Under the pieces are notes generated by a model. That model had not been told where the DNA came from and did no database searches. It saw only the letters and a program-made list of their open reading frames with translations. Shown here in pieces: positions 17,619 through 27,902 of a stretch of DNA of 47,647 nucleotides. The DNA comes from a virus (Duplodnaviria > Caudoviricetes): IMG/VR virus record IMGVR_UViG_3300020519_000124, positions 1-47,647 of that record. One strand, given 5' to 3'. The position numbers and the translations under genes were made by a program. Numbering within the stretch: position 1 is the first letter of the stretch; every line of letters begins with the position of its first letter.

Positions 17619-19040
17619 ATGATAATACTTGGAATTAACGAAACATCTCACGACGCTTCAATATCCCTAATCAAAGATGGAGAAATACTTTTTGCAGGAC
17701 ATGCAGAAAGATATAGTAAGAAAAAAAATGACTGGTATATCAATGATAGTTTAATAAAAGATGCTTTAAAATATGGCGTACCAGATCATATTGCTTACTA
17801 TGAGAAACCGCTTTTAAAGGCTTCCAGACTGGCTTTAAGGGGTGGGACTGGAGACTGGAAGCCAAGGTTTGAACTCCCTGGAATTCCAAGAAAATCTTTT
17901 AGTCATCACTACTCTCACGCTGCAGCAGGATACTATACAAGTTCATTTAATGATGCTGCAATTGTTGTTTTAGATGCTATGGGTGAATACAATACCTCCA
18001 CAATTTGGGTTGGCGAAGGCGAAAAGATTAAACTAAAGTATAAGCAAAATTATCCTATTAGTTTTGGATTATTCTATTCAGCCTTTACACAACTAATAGG
18101 TCTTATGCCAAACCAAGAAGAATATATTATGATGGGTATGGCTGCTTATGGTGATTGGACAAAGTATTATAAGAAGGTTGACGAGTATTTCCCTTCATAC
18201 GACAATCAAAAATATAATTTTCATAAAGGAATTACAGATTGGGGCTGGGTTTTAGAAGAAGATAAATTTGATATTGCAGCAGCAGTTCAGTTTGTTTATG
18301 AGCAAAGACTAAATGACTTTATGCGTATGGCAAAGTCAATTACTGGTAAAAACAATTTAGTATTTATGGGTGGGTGTGCTCTTAACTCTTCAGCAAATAC
18401 GCTATTATGGAATATTTTTGATACGATTTGGATTATGCCAAATCCTGGTGATGCTGGAAGTTCTTTAGGCGCTGCAGCAGCACTATACGGAAAACATATT
18501 GAGTGGAAAAATCCTTACTTGGGTTACGATTTGGGCGGGGAATACCCAGTAAGCAAAATATTAACAGGACTAATAAGAGACAAAGTTGTGGCAGTGGCAT
18601 CAGGTAGGGCCGAGTATGGTCCAAGAGCATTGGGTAATAGGTCTATACTTGCAGATCCAAGAGATCCAAACATTAAAGATAAGGTAAATCTAATTAAACA
18701 AAGAGAACTTTTTAGACCATTTGCACCAGTGGTACTAGCAGAGCATGCACACAAATGGTTTGATATGGATTTTGAAAGCCCCTATATGCAGTATACCGTT
18801 AAATGTTTGCAGCCAGATAAAATTCCTGCTGTGGTTCATAAAGACGGGACTTCAAGGGTACAGACAGTAAAAAAAGAACAGCATCCAGGACTATATGAAG
18901 TATTATCTAATTGGCATGCAATGACAGGTATTCCTATATTACTAAATACAAGTTTAAATATAAAAGGACAACCATTGTTAAATGACGAAAAAGATATAGA
19001 AAAATGGGAGCAAACATATAGTAGTTCTGTGGTAAAATAA
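17619..19040 (+). CDS. O-carbamoyltransferase (NodU/CmcH family)
   Basis: HDAS, HHYSHAA, MGMAAYG, GGCALN, EYGPRALGNRS, RPFAP, LNTSLN. Confidence 0.95.
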   Translation: MIILGINETSHDASISLIKDGEILFAGHAERYSKKKNDWYINDSLIKDALKYGVPDHIAYYEKPLLKASRLALRGGTGDWKPRFELPGIPRKSFSHHYSHAAAGYYTSSFNDAAIVVLDAMGEYNTSTIWVGEGEKIKLKYKQNYPISFGLFYSAFTQLIGLMPNQEEYIMMGMAAYGDWTKYYKKVDEYFPSYDNQKYNFHKGITDWGWVLEEDKFDIAAAVQFVYEQRLNDFMRMAKSITGKNNLVFMGGCALNSSANTLLWNIFDTIWIMPNPGDAGSSLGAAAALYGKHIEWKNPYLGYDLGGEYPVSKILTGLIRDKVVAVASGRAEYGPRALGNRSILADPRDPNIKDKVNLIKQRELFRPFAPVVLAEHAHKWFDMDFESPYMQYTVKCLQPDKIPAVVHKDGTSRVQTVKKEQHPGLYEVLSNWHAMTGIPILLNTSLNIKGQPLLNDEKDIEKWEQTYSSSVVK

Positions 19041-19044
19041 CAAT

Positions 19045-19890
19045 ATGAATAATGAAATTATCAATTTAGAAAAAATACCAGACATTTTTTTATATAGATC
19101 ACTAAAAGAAATGAGTGGACACGCTTTGCCAAATACAAAAGCAGACTCAGTTAAAATAGAATACAGACTAAATACTCATGGATATAGATGTGATGAATTT
19201 ACTAATCAAAAAATTCTAACTCTTGGCTGTTCTCAAACAGAGGGTCACGCACTCCCAATAGAATTAACCTGGCCTTACTTGATATCACAAAAAATGAATA
19301 AAGGCTATATAAACTTAGCAAAAGGTGGAGATGGGATGCAAGCGCAAATAGTAAAAGCATTTCAATTTTTTAAAGAATTTTATCATCCAACACACATATT
19401 CGCAGTATTTCCAATAACAAGAATGGAAGCACCTTTAATTAATCTAAAAGTAAGAAATAACAAAAATATAAAAAACTTAAATACAGAAGATTACATAGGC
19501 AAGGCTTTACTTTCAAATAATTGGATTGAAAAATTTTCTAAAGAACCTCACACAATAGAAAATGTTTTACCAGAAGAGTTTGCAATTTTTTACAATATTT
19601 TATTTATGAAAATTTTTATACAATACTGCAAATCCAACAACATTAAACTAGTATGGACCTATTATAATGATTCCTCTTTAGAAAAATATTCATTTACAAA
19701 ATTTACTGACACATATTTTGAAAGCCCTCATATAGATAGTGTGTGCATTCCAAAAGAACTGGGATGTCATATGGAATTGTCAGATAACAAATTTTTTGAT
19801 TATGCTGCAGACTATGAGTATTGGCCACCTGGACATTATGGATTTCACAAACATTTGCATATTGCAGAAGAAATGTTTAGCATGCTATAA
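19045..19890 (+). CDS. SGNH-hydrolase-like protein, paralog of 16629
   Basis: NTHGYR...LGCSQTEG...QIVKAFQFF...GHYG..H. Confidence 0.6.
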   Translation: MNNEIINLEKIPDIFLYRSLKEMSGHALPNTKADSVKIEYRLNTHGYRCDEFTNQKILTLGCSQTEGHALPIELTWPYLISQKMNKGYINLAKGGDGMQAQIVKAFQFFKEFYHPTHIFAVFPITRMEAPLINLKVRNNKNIKNLNTEDYIGKALLSNNWIEKFSKEPHTIENVLPEEFAIFYNILFMKIFIQYCKSNNIKLVWTYYNDSSLEKYSFTKFTDTYFESPHIDSVCIPKELGCHMELSDNKFFDYAADYEYWPPGHYGFHKHLHIAEEMFSML

Positions 19891-19898
19891 TAGGAATA

Positions 19899-19961
19899 AG
19901 GGTGTGGTTGGCCTATATTTGTCGGGAAACTTTTATAGTCTATGTTGCAACACCACACCCT
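19899..19961 (+). ncRNA. candidate structured leader or small RNA
   Basis: 10-bp closing stem AGGGTGTGGT/ACCACACCCT starting 7 nt after TG-C-TATAAT. Confidence 0.4.
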
Positions 19962-19984
19962 CCTAATTTTTGAGGTGAACTTGT

Positions 19985-21049
19985 TTGATTAAAGATTCAA
20001 TATTTATACCAATAGCAGCCTGTGAAGAAAGATTTATAGAGCAAACTGTAAAAAGTGCTTTGTCTAACGCCGAAAATCCAGACAATATCTATTTTGGTAT
20101 ATTTAACAACATACTAAAGAAAGAACATTCTTTACTAGATAATGACTTTTTACTAAATAATGATCAAATTTTTTATGTTGAACTAATAACTCCAGCGCCA
20201 ATGGGTACTGGTTTTGGAAGAATGAATGCTTCTTTGTTGCAATTTAAAGAATTTGACTACATGTTTCAGATAGATGCTCATACATTTTTTAGCAAAAAAT
20301 GGGATAATCAACTAATAAATATTTTTAATAAAATTAAAGAACAAGAAAATATTAATGAAAATAAGTTGGTTCTTTCTGCGTCAAGTGGATTTACTTGGAC
20401 TTACTACGATGAAAATCCTGAAAAAGTTTATATCATTGACAAAGAAAACAAAACAGCACTCGAAATAGATCCTTTAAATTTAGAAAAAAATGCTGAAGAA
20501 TTAATAAACAGGGGCATGACAAAACTCAAATTTGTTTATGATGGAAAACAAAATAACAATTTAGTTAAAGACCATGTAAATTTCCCAATAGTTTATGGCG
20601 ATAACTATATAGATAAAAAAGAATACGAAGAATCAAACGGAGTTCATGGAACTTTTATGTTTTCTAAAGCAAAACTAAATAGAGAAGTTCTTCATGATCC
20701 AGAGGATCATTTTCATGGAGATCAAACAAACTATTCTATTAGGCTTTTAAGCAGAGGATATAAAATTTTTAGTCCCAAGTATCCGACCATTGCTGTTTTA
20801 AATCAAGTATATATAGATAAAGATTTTAAAGAAGATGCATCTATTCCATTAGGCAAAGGCCACAACTGGAAGACATATGAAGCAAATAAGGTTGGATCAG
20901 ACTACTTAGAGACAAAAATAAATAACTCTGCAACAAATTTTCAACAAATAATATCTGGAGATTATTTTGGATACTGGGGAACAACAGACAAAGATTCTCT
21001 AAATAAAGTAAAAAATCAAATTGGCTATCCAATGGACAACCAAAAATGA
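19985..21049 (+). CDS. GT-A glycosyltransferase, GT60/Skp1-Hyp GlcNAc transferase-like
   Basis: IPIAA..E, TV..A..NA..P, GxGxGR, FQIDAHT.F...WD, GDQ...SIRL..RGY. Confidence 0.7.
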   Translation: MIKDSIFIPIAACEERFIEQTVKSALSNAENPDNIYFGIFNNILKKEHSLLDNDFLLNNDQIFYVELITPAPMGTGFGRMNASLLQFKEFDYMFQIDAHTFFSKKWDNQLINIFNKIKEQENINENKLVLSASSGFTWTYYDENPEKVYIIDKENKTALEIDPLNLEKNAEELINRGMTKLKFVYDGKQNNNLVKDHVNFPIVYGDNYIDKKEYEESNGVHGTFMFSKAKLNREVLHDPEDHFHGDQTNYSIRLLSRGYKIFSPKYPTIAVLNQVYIDKDFKEDASIPLGKGHNWKTYEANKVGSDYLETKINNSATNFQQIISGDYFGYWGTTDKDSLNKVKNQIGYPMDNQK

Positions 21050-21193
21050 ATTTAGAAAATGAAATAAAAGATATACTTTTTGAAATAGGAAAGGAAATTA
21101 AGGTTCACAAACTTATTGATGGAAACCTCATTATAGAAATTGATTATGACAAGTATACTATTTCAATTATGGAACTAATTAAAAAATATTTAT

Positions 21194-21931
21194 CTAACGA
21201 CTAGGATTCCAAAACAAAGAATTATTTTCGTATATCTCTTTATCTAGTTTAAAGTTTTCAAGTATTGAATCTTTTTCGCTTTGATCTAAAGAATTAAATA
21301 ATCTTTCTGAAGCATCATTCTTAAAATATGTTTTATTAATTTGTGACAAATCAATATTTAATTCTACACCCAAATCTTCTGATATCTTTTTAACTAACAA
21401 CTCATAGTCCATAGACTCTAACTCGTCAGTCCTAATAAATAGGTTTGTTCTCTTAATTCTGTCGTATATCAACTCTGTATCATATTCTTTTTGTTCATTA
21501 TGAAAAAATTGTGCTTCTTTGATAACAGACATTGCTGCTGGATCTGGACTTAAAGCAAAATTGTGAGACTGAAAATCTTTCATGTATGGCCATGTGGATA
21601 ATTTTTCAAACAACTCTTCTTTTTCAACATGAAGATTTTCTCCATTGATTGTGTGCCAATTTTCTTTGTCTATTAAGTCTGCTCTACCTGCAGCAGCGTG
21701 GCATACGGAACTAACAAAAAATTCACAAGGCTCTCTAAAAACTGAAATGACATATGTTTCATCATCTATAAAGAATGGCCATCCACCGTGTTGTCTCATG
21801 TCTTCTGGCATTCTTAAATACTCAATGCCGTGCTTAGCAAGAGTCTCTTCCATAGGTCTAAGGATGTATTTTGTTAAAAACCTTCCACCAGTTTTTGGTA
21901 TGTGTAAAAAATAGACTTTATTGTATTTCAT
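21194..21931 (-). CDS. sulfotransferase family protein
   Basis: FLHIPKTGG 5'-PSB motif; FREP...VS. Confidence 0.75.
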   Translation of the reverse strand: MKYNKVYFLHIPKTGGRFLTKYILRPMEETLAKHGIEYLRMPEDMRQHGGWPFFIDDETYVISVFREPCEFFVSSVCHAAAGRADLIDKENWHTINGENLHVEKEELFEKLSTWPYMKDFQSHNFALSPDPAAMSVIKEAQFFHNEQKEYDTELIYDRIKRTNLFIRTDELESMDYELLVKKISEDLGVELNIDLSQINKTYFKNDASERLFNSLDQSEKDSILENFKLDKEIYENNSLFWNPSR

Positions 21932-22179
21932 GAAAACATTGATTTCAAAGTAAACTCAGATACAGTGCCAGAAACACGATCATAAATCTTGCCATCAATT
22001 TTAGATATAAGTGTGGGCACTGATTGAACATTGTATAGTTCTGCCTTTTTAAATTCTTTGTCTACATCTACCTTGTCATAGTAAATATCTTTATTGTTTA
22101 CGATAAACTCCTCTATGATAGGGGCAATTCTTTTACATGGAGCACACCAGTCTGCTGTAAAATGTATTAGTTCTTTCAC
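21928..22179 (-). CDS. trxA: thioredoxin
   Basis: FTADWCAPCK, VQSVPT. Confidence 0.9.
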   Translation of the reverse strand: MKELIHFTADWCAPCKRIAPIIEEFIVNNKDIYYDKVDVDKEFKKAELYNVQSVPTLISKIDGKIYDRVSGTVSEFTLKSMFS

Positions 22180-22327
22180 TACTTATCCTTCTTATACTCT
22201 CCGTATTTACCAAGGACTGCTTTAACTGTCCCGTCTTTTCTTAAACGAACAATCATTCCATCTTTAATCTGAATAGGATTAAATGGATGCTTTGTCCTAA
22301 ACTTACCAGATGCTTTTCTATTTCCCA

Positions 22328-22609
22328 TTAGATAGTATACTTTTCTCTTTGTACTTTGGTATGATCTTTTCCAAAGTCAGAAAACAAACTCTCTGCCTTT
22401 GCAGCAGGAATACAATTAGGAACTGGTTTACCGTCGGCCCCAGGCTTCATTCCTCTTTGAACATATCCATCCCAACAAGGTGCCTGCTTATTGACATTGC
22501 CACAGCAATCCGATTTCATTTCTCCTGCTTGGCACTGTGGACAATCTTCACAACTAACATTAAGTTCTTTGCACATAGGGCATCCGCAGCCTTCGTATTC
22601 TTTTAACAT
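22328..22609 (-). CDS. Cys-rich protein with CWxGY...PNC motif
   Basis: Multiple CxxC plus CWDGYVQRGMK...VPNC. Confidence 0.7.
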   Translation of the reverse strand: MLKEYEGCGCPMCKELNVSCEDCPQCQAGEMKSDCCGNVNKQAPCWDGYVQRGMKPGADGKPVPNCIPAAKAESLFSDFGKDHTKVQREKYTI

Positions 22610-22621
22610 CTAACTATTATA

Positions 22622-22897
22622 TCACTTTATAAAACCTAAGAACCTATTATGAGTCCTTATCCTGTGGCAGTTAGCGCAAACCACTTCACACTTTTCAATC
22701 TCTTTTTTGATAGCCTTCCAGGACATCCCATCGTGGACCATTCTTGAGACATTATATTTTTTATTTCCCAGGTGATCAAAATCTAAGACTATAGGGTTCT
22801 TATTCCCACAATCAGCACAGCCAGCAGCCTCTTTTATCTCTGTCAGTCTCTGCTTAAACTGTTTCTTATTGTAAGCGGACAACTCTTTGTCTGTCAT
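22622..22897 (-). CDS. small HNH endonuclease
   Basis: CADCG...LDFDH...KCEVVCANCHR. Confidence 0.8.
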   Translation of the reverse strand: MTDKELSAYNKKQFKQRLTEIKEAAGCADCGNKNPIVLDFDHLGNKKYNVSRMVHDGMSWKAIKKEIEKCEVVCANCHRIRTHNRFLGFIK

Positions 22898-22935
22898 AGA
22901 TACACCCATTATATAGCCTTTTAAGGGCATTAAAA

Positions 22936-23018
22936 GCCCCATACAGGCAATTCAGGCACGAAGGCCACGGTATATATCAATGGGTAACTAAGCCATCTCT
23001 AAGGTCCTGTATGGGGAC
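22936..23018 (-). ncRNA. candidate small RNA B
   Basis: 11-bp closing stem CCCCATACAGG/CCTGTATGGGG beginning just after TG-T-TACAAT. Confidence 0.5.
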
Positions 23019-23041
23019 ATATATATTGTAACATAATAATG

Positions 23042-23144
23042 GAGCAGTTTAATAGACTTGCTCAGGTCCCCCAGGTAATGACCCTGGTCCTCCGTACTCA
23101 GCAATAAGGTTGCTATAAGCAACTGCATGTATCATGACGGAATA
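23042..23144 (-). ncRNA. candidate small RNA A ending in pseudoknot copy 6 (23042-23069)
   Basis: TATAAT 23151-23156; stems TCCGT/ACGGA, GTTGCT/AGCAAC, CCAGG/CCTGG; then GGAC-C-TGAGCA-A-GTCT-ATTAAAC-TGCTC. Confidence 0.55.
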
Positions 23145-23156
23145 CTATCTATTATA

Positions 23157-23576
23157 CTACTTGATTTTAATAGACTTAGGTTTCTTTTCTTCTGGAACTA
23201 CTCTGATGACATTTACATTTAAGATGCCATCTTTTAGTTCTGCTGAGGTCACTTCCATGTACTCACCAAGAGCAAAAGATCTTACGAACTTTCGTCCTGC
23301 TATACCTTTGTGTACTACCTCTGCATCTGTTACCTCTACAATCTCACCCTTAATAATAAGAGTCCCATTGTCTACTGTAACATCAACATCTCCCTTGGAA
23401 AAACCAGCAACCGCAAGAGATATCCTGTATGTATCTTCATCTAGTTTAATAAGATCATAAGGTGGATATGATTGTGAGTTTGTTTTGTATGCATTATTTA
23501 GGCGATTCAACTCTCTGTTGAAGCCAATAAAAAAAGGATCATTAAATAGATCCAGTGTTGACCATGTTTGTTTCAT
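23157..23576 (-). CDS. hsp20: small heat-shock protein (Hsp20/IbpA-like)
   Basis: YPPYD...LAVAGF...HKGIA.R.F.R.F.L...A.LKDGIL. Confidence 0.95.
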   Translation of the reverse strand: MKQTWSTLDLFNDPFFIGFNRELNRLNNAYKTNSQSYPPYDLIKLDEDTYRISLAVAGFSKGDVDVTVDNGTLIIKGEIVEVTDAEVVHKGIAGRKFVRSFALGEYMEVTSAELKDGILNVNVIRVVPEEKKPKSIKIK

Positions 23577-23662
23577 TTTATTCCCCTTTCAAGCGAATAA
23601 TTTAATTTGCCCCCCTATTGGGCAGGCATAAATATTATAGCATAAGAAAAGACGGCTGTCAA
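23577..23662 (-). promoter_or_regulatory. consensus promoter plus ROSE-like RNA thermometer for hsp20
   Basis: TTGACA-N17-TATAAT; leader hairpin TTATTCGCT-TGA-AAGGGGAATAA covers the SD. Confidence 0.65.
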
Positions 23663-23693
23663 ATGACAACCGCCAAATCTTATTTAGTCTTTA

Positions 23694-24002
23694 TTACAAG
23701 ACGTTATGGCTGGTTCCGCCTCCGCCACCCTTACGAGGTGACTTCTTTGCAGGAGCCTTCTTGGCAGTCTTTTTGACTACCTTTGCATTCTTAACTGCAA
23801 CATCTACATCTTCTACTGATGGCATTCTACCGAACGCTGGATCAGATGGATTGGCTGCTCTCAATACTACTGGCACAAGTGCACCAAGTAGTGAGTATGC
23901 TAGTGTCTGTGGATCAGTTACACCAGCAGCATACATTGCTGTTGCTGCTCCAAGTACTGATCGTCCGTATGACGCTAGTGCATTTTTAATTTGTTGGTTC
24001 AT
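23694..24002 (-). CDS. small membrane protein (holin-like?) with Lys/Ala-rich tail
   Basis: Two hydrophobic helices; KKTAKKAPAKK...GGGGG; terminator hairpin at 23645-23675. Confidence 0.65.
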   Translation of the reverse strand: MNQQIKNALASYGRSVLGAATAMYAAGVTDPQTLAYSLLGALVPVVLRAANPSDPAFGRMPSVEDVDVAVKNAKVVKKTAKKAPAKKSPRKGGGGGTSHNVL

Positions 24003-24013
24003 GTTTATTCCTC

Positions 24014-24199
24014 CTAGGATATGAACTTCGATATGGCTGTCCAAACTGGTTGGGCAAGCCATAATCCAATTATACCAGCAACACCAGCAAAAACTGGGGG
24101 AGCAGGGATTGGAATCTTAATTGGGGATATTGCGCTTATTGATAGGATAATTAGACCTAAAGTAAGCCCTACAGATAGTGATAGTAATATTTCTTTCAT
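24014..24199 (-). CDS. DUF1427/XapX-like membrane protein
   Basis: IPIPAPPVFAGVAGIIGLWL. Confidence 0.8.
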   Translation of the reverse strand: MKEILLSLSVGLTLGLIILSISAISPIKIPIPAPPVFAGVAGIIGLWLAQPVWTAISKFIS

Positions 24200-24357
24200 T
24201 TATTCCCTCGATTTTTGTAGTTGTGTATAATGATTTAAACAAACATCTAGAACTTTTGTTTCCGTGCTAAACAATTTTTCTCCGTCAAGATCGCATGCAA
24301 TAACACTACAAATACCCAATGGCTCAAAAGAAAGTTGATCGTAGGTTTTAAATTCTA

Positions 24358-25236
24358 TCATTGTCTTGAGTCCACATAATTTTTTATAAAAGGAACTATT
24401 ACTTCTACTTCTTCTGATGGAACAGCATTAATAAGCATATGGTTTATACCTCTGCTTTCAAGAGTATTCACAAGATCGTCAAACTGTTCATAAGTAAAGT
24501 ATGCAGCATCAAGAACAGGCTGTGGAACTTCTCCTTTTTTCCATACTGGTCTAACTACATGATTAGTTAATAAATCAAGTTCTTCTTCTGTTTTTCTGAT
24601 AATTGGAGTAATTGCTAACATTACTTCCATGCCTTTTAAGTCAAGTGGAACTGATACAGAAGGACCCTTCAAAAAATCAGACCAACCTCCACGAGCATAT
24701 ATGTGATATGGCAAGATAATTTTGTGTCCATATTTTTTTGCTGCTTCAAAAACATAATGATTTGTCGTTGAAACATAAACATCTAACTTGTTTGTGTGGT
24801 TTGGATCACGCCAATATCCTGGGGATTCCTTATCTTGATCCATTTCGTTTAGTACTTTAAGAAATTCTATCATATAGTTTGATCTGTCAACGTTACTTGA
24901 TTTATCGTTTACGTTTCCAACAATACCACCAACACCATCTTCATGGTCTTTAATATATCCACAAATCAAATTAACCTGAAGCCTATTTTTGTCTATTCTA
25001 TCCATAGACCTATTTATCATAGAAAGATATTGAGGAGATATTGTGTATGGACGAATTGCTACCAAATATTTAATGTTTTCGCCTTGTTTTATATCTTTTG
25101 CTGCTTTTATAAACATATCACCTTCTGGAATATCATGTGTAAACATTACTCCAGAGAAATTATTGCTGTTTAAGTTTGATGGGGATTTGATATTTTCGGG
25201 ATCTCCCATTACTCCACCAAAATAATAAAATTTCAT
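24358..25236 (-). CDS. luciferase-like (LLM) flavin monooxygenase-related protein
   Basis: IKYLVAIRPYTISPQYL...RLQVNLICG. Confidence 0.65.
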   Translation of the reverse strand: MKFYYFGGVMGDPENIKSPSNLNSNNFSGVMFTHDIPEGDMFIKAAKDIKQGENIKYLVAIRPYTISPQYLSMINRSMDRIDKNRLQVNLICGYIKDHEDGVGGIVGNVNDKSSNVDRSNYMIEFLKVLNEMDQDKESPGYWRDPNHTNKLDVYVSTTNHYVFEAAKKYGHKIILPYHIYARGGWSDFLKGPSVSVPLDLKGMEVMLAITPIIRKTEEELDLLTNHVVRPVWKKGEVPQPVLDAAYFTYEQFDDLVNTLESRGINHMLINAVPSEEVEVIVPFIKNYVDSRQ

Positions 25237-25882
25237 TATACTATTTTATCATAATCTTCTGGTAATAAACTTTTTAATTTTTTAAATTCTGAAGATATTT
25301 TTTTTAAGGCAAAGTCGTGTGGAGCAACCATACCATCTACTGCTGCACCATATCTATCGTAATATTCAACTTGAGGACCAACCTCATCAATAAACGACTT
25401 AAGTCCAGCCTGAACTTCTTCTATGTATTGGTATGCCCAATCACGAGAATCTGAAACAAATTTTAAAAAATCTTCATTAGATTTTTCTTTATCTGTTTTG
25501 CTGGCTTCGTGCTCTTGTTGTTGATGTATCAATAGTTTTAGGGTATTGGCAAGAATGGCCTTATTGTTTTTTCTTTGTTTTAAATAAAGGTACAAAAACA
25601 AAGAAGTAAAAGTAGACATCACAAAAATTAAAACTAATTCAATCATAACTCTTTACCACCTTCTCTAACTAAAAGAACTATTGCTCCATTATCCTCTAGT
25701 GCTTTTTTTACACGAATCATATACTCTACGGCCTGTCTTTTAAGATCAACCGTTTCTAAGGACATAAAGACTTTTTCTTTTGCTTTAACAGTAATAAAAC
25801 TATCATTGTCTATTACCTCTAAAGAAAATCCCTTGGGACAATCCAAAGATCTAAACGCTCTTCTCATTTGATCTGTATACAT
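25236..25882 (-). CDS. two hypothetical proteins (25236-25646 with N-terminal TM; 25643-25882)
   Basis: Coupled ORFs. Confidence 0.75.
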
Positions 25883-25883
25883 A

Positions 25884-26165
25884 TTACTCCATTGTTAGGG
25901 ATTGCCATGTTGTTCCCCAATCAGCCTTTGTTTTATGACTAGAAAATTCTTTTGACAACTCTCCATTTTCTAAGTATACCCCGCCCCAAACGCCCCACTC
26001 TTTACCAGAAATACCAACAGAAAAACATTCTTTTCTTACTGGGCAAGTAGAGCACAATAAATCTACAGCAGGTCTTAAAAGTTCATCTTCTTCATACTTG
26101 TCAAAGAATACATTTGTATCATAATCCAGGCATGCAGCATTATCTTTCCATTCATACTTATTCAT
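25884..26165 (-). CDS. whiB: WhiB-family Fe-S transcription regulator
   Basis: W...AAC...FF...CxxCPVRKEC...WGVWGG. Confidence 0.93.
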   Translation of the reverse strand: MNKYEWKDNAACLDYDTNVFFDKYEEDELLRPAVDLLCSTCPVRKECFSVGISGKEWGVWGGVYLENGELSKEFSSHKTKADWGTTWQSLTME

Positions 26166-26166
26166 G

Positions 26167-27487
26167 CTACCTTACATACTTGTCAGGTATTTCCCATCCA
26201 TTTCTAGAAACGACGAAAATCTTTTTTAGGTGCCAGGCATTATTTTTTAATGCTCCGTACTTTGATGTAAAAGCCTTATCTGACTTTATCATCTCTACAA
26301 CATCCCATCCATCCCAGGACAGGTTGCTGTTCTTGGAAACAATTGCTTCCATTTTTTCAAGAGAATTAACTGATATCATTGTGTGTACTCCTTAGAAGTT
26401 GTATACGTTTGTGTTGATGTTTTTTGATCTTGACAAATTTACTACTTTAGAAACTTGTTCTTTTGGATTAGCAACAAAAGCAAAATGATTAAAACTATCT
26501 ATGTTTTCTTCAACCCATTCAGGGCTAACTCTAAATAGTTTAATAGACTTTCCTCTAGCCTTCATTCCTCTTTCAGAAAGATTTACAAACTCTGACGCCA
26601 TTGCACTAATGTTTCCTGGACCAGCAGTATACAAGTAAAACTCTTTCTCATCTTCTTTTAATTCAGATAAGGCAACTGCCATTGCTCGAAGAAAAATATT
26701 ATAGTTTTTGAAACTAGGCGTCCCTTGAACCCCTACTATCATCACTTACTCCTTCTCTCAGTTTGTCCAGAATGAACAACATCTGATCTAATTGTACCTT
26801 ATCCATGTGGGTTGTGTCAACTCTTTGTGCAGACTCTTTGTCAACCAGGTTATTTATTAGTGGGGCATTGTAAAAAATGTTATCTTTAATCCAATAAGCC
26901 TGACCATCTACAATAATGACCCGAACATTTGTTTCTTTCTCATGATTTTTAGATTGACTTTTTCTGTTAAGTTTTCTTGAATACCTGTTTCCACCAGAGA
27001 ATCTATACTGTAGCATTGCTTGGCTAACTATCGGGGAACTTTTTGAATTTAATCGTGCTTTAATTATATAAACAGACAAAAGCAAAAGCATACTTACGCT
27101 TACTATTCCTGCCCCCAAGGCGCTATTCATAAAAGCATCCATTCCACTATTCTATCACTTTTTATCAAAAAGAACCTTGATTATTTGCTGAAGGGCTGTT
27201 CTTTCATCAACAGGAAGAGCCTTTATTTTATTTATATCAAAGGCCCTCTCGCTTATAGTTACAATTGGGTTTGGCAAGGTTATGTCCATGTCTACAAAAC
27301 CTTTTTCCCACAACTTCATTGCTACTTCTGAAAAATAAACAGACATTTCTCGATCAAGATTGGGATCTATGTCTTTTAGCAGTTCTGTTCTGACATACAT
27401 ATTCTCTCCAGTTTCTGGATCTTTTCCAGTAAACTTTATTCCACCAGTTAAAACCAGCCTATCAAATATTTCATCTTCATTGATCAT
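26167..27487 (-). CDS. four hypothetical proteins (26167-26379; 26392-26745 SLOG-like; 26714-27142; 27155-27487)
   Basis: Contiguous operon-like ORFs. Confidence 0.7.
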
Positions 27488-27891
27488 TTCCCTGACTTCT
27501 TTCTAGCCTTTGCTAAAGCATCAAAATCTTTTACCTTGGTATCTCCAAGATATCCCCATGCATAACCATCATTAATCATCATGTCATTAAGAGACACAGT
27601 GTCATCATTGACATAGATCCATCCTAAGATACGACCATACTTTTCAGATGAATCCATCTTCTCAGTCTTGATTACAACAGACTTGGCATCTTTTAGAGCC
27701 TTCTTTAAATATTCTTTAGACTCAAGGCCAAGAGCCTTTTCCTTAAGATCTTTTGTGCGAGACTCAGGAGTATCAATACCAGCCAATCTTACACGAGATG
27801 AAAACAAAATGTCAAACCCTAAATCAATAAGAACGTCAATGGTATCTCCATCTACTACATTCTCTACTTTTCTTACATAATACTGATACAT
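27484..27891 (-). CDS. thermonuclease (SNase-like)
   Basis: VVDGDT, RVRLAGIDTPE, KYGRILG. Confidence 0.9.
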   Translation of the reverse strand: MYQYYVRKVENVVDGDTIDVLIDLGFDILFSSRVRLAGIDTPESRTKDLKEKALGLESKEYLKKALKDAKSVVIKTEKMDSSEKYGRILGWIYVNDDTVSLNDMMINDGYAWGYLGDTKVKDFDALAKARKKSGK

Positions 27892-27902
27892 AATAAGCCC
27901 CC

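Noticed and set aside
23050-23136. 28-codon ORF MIHAVAYSNLIAEYGGPGSLPGGPEQVY inside candidate sRNA A
   Set aside because: No SD, and its composition follows the RNA stems; not called, though not excluded.
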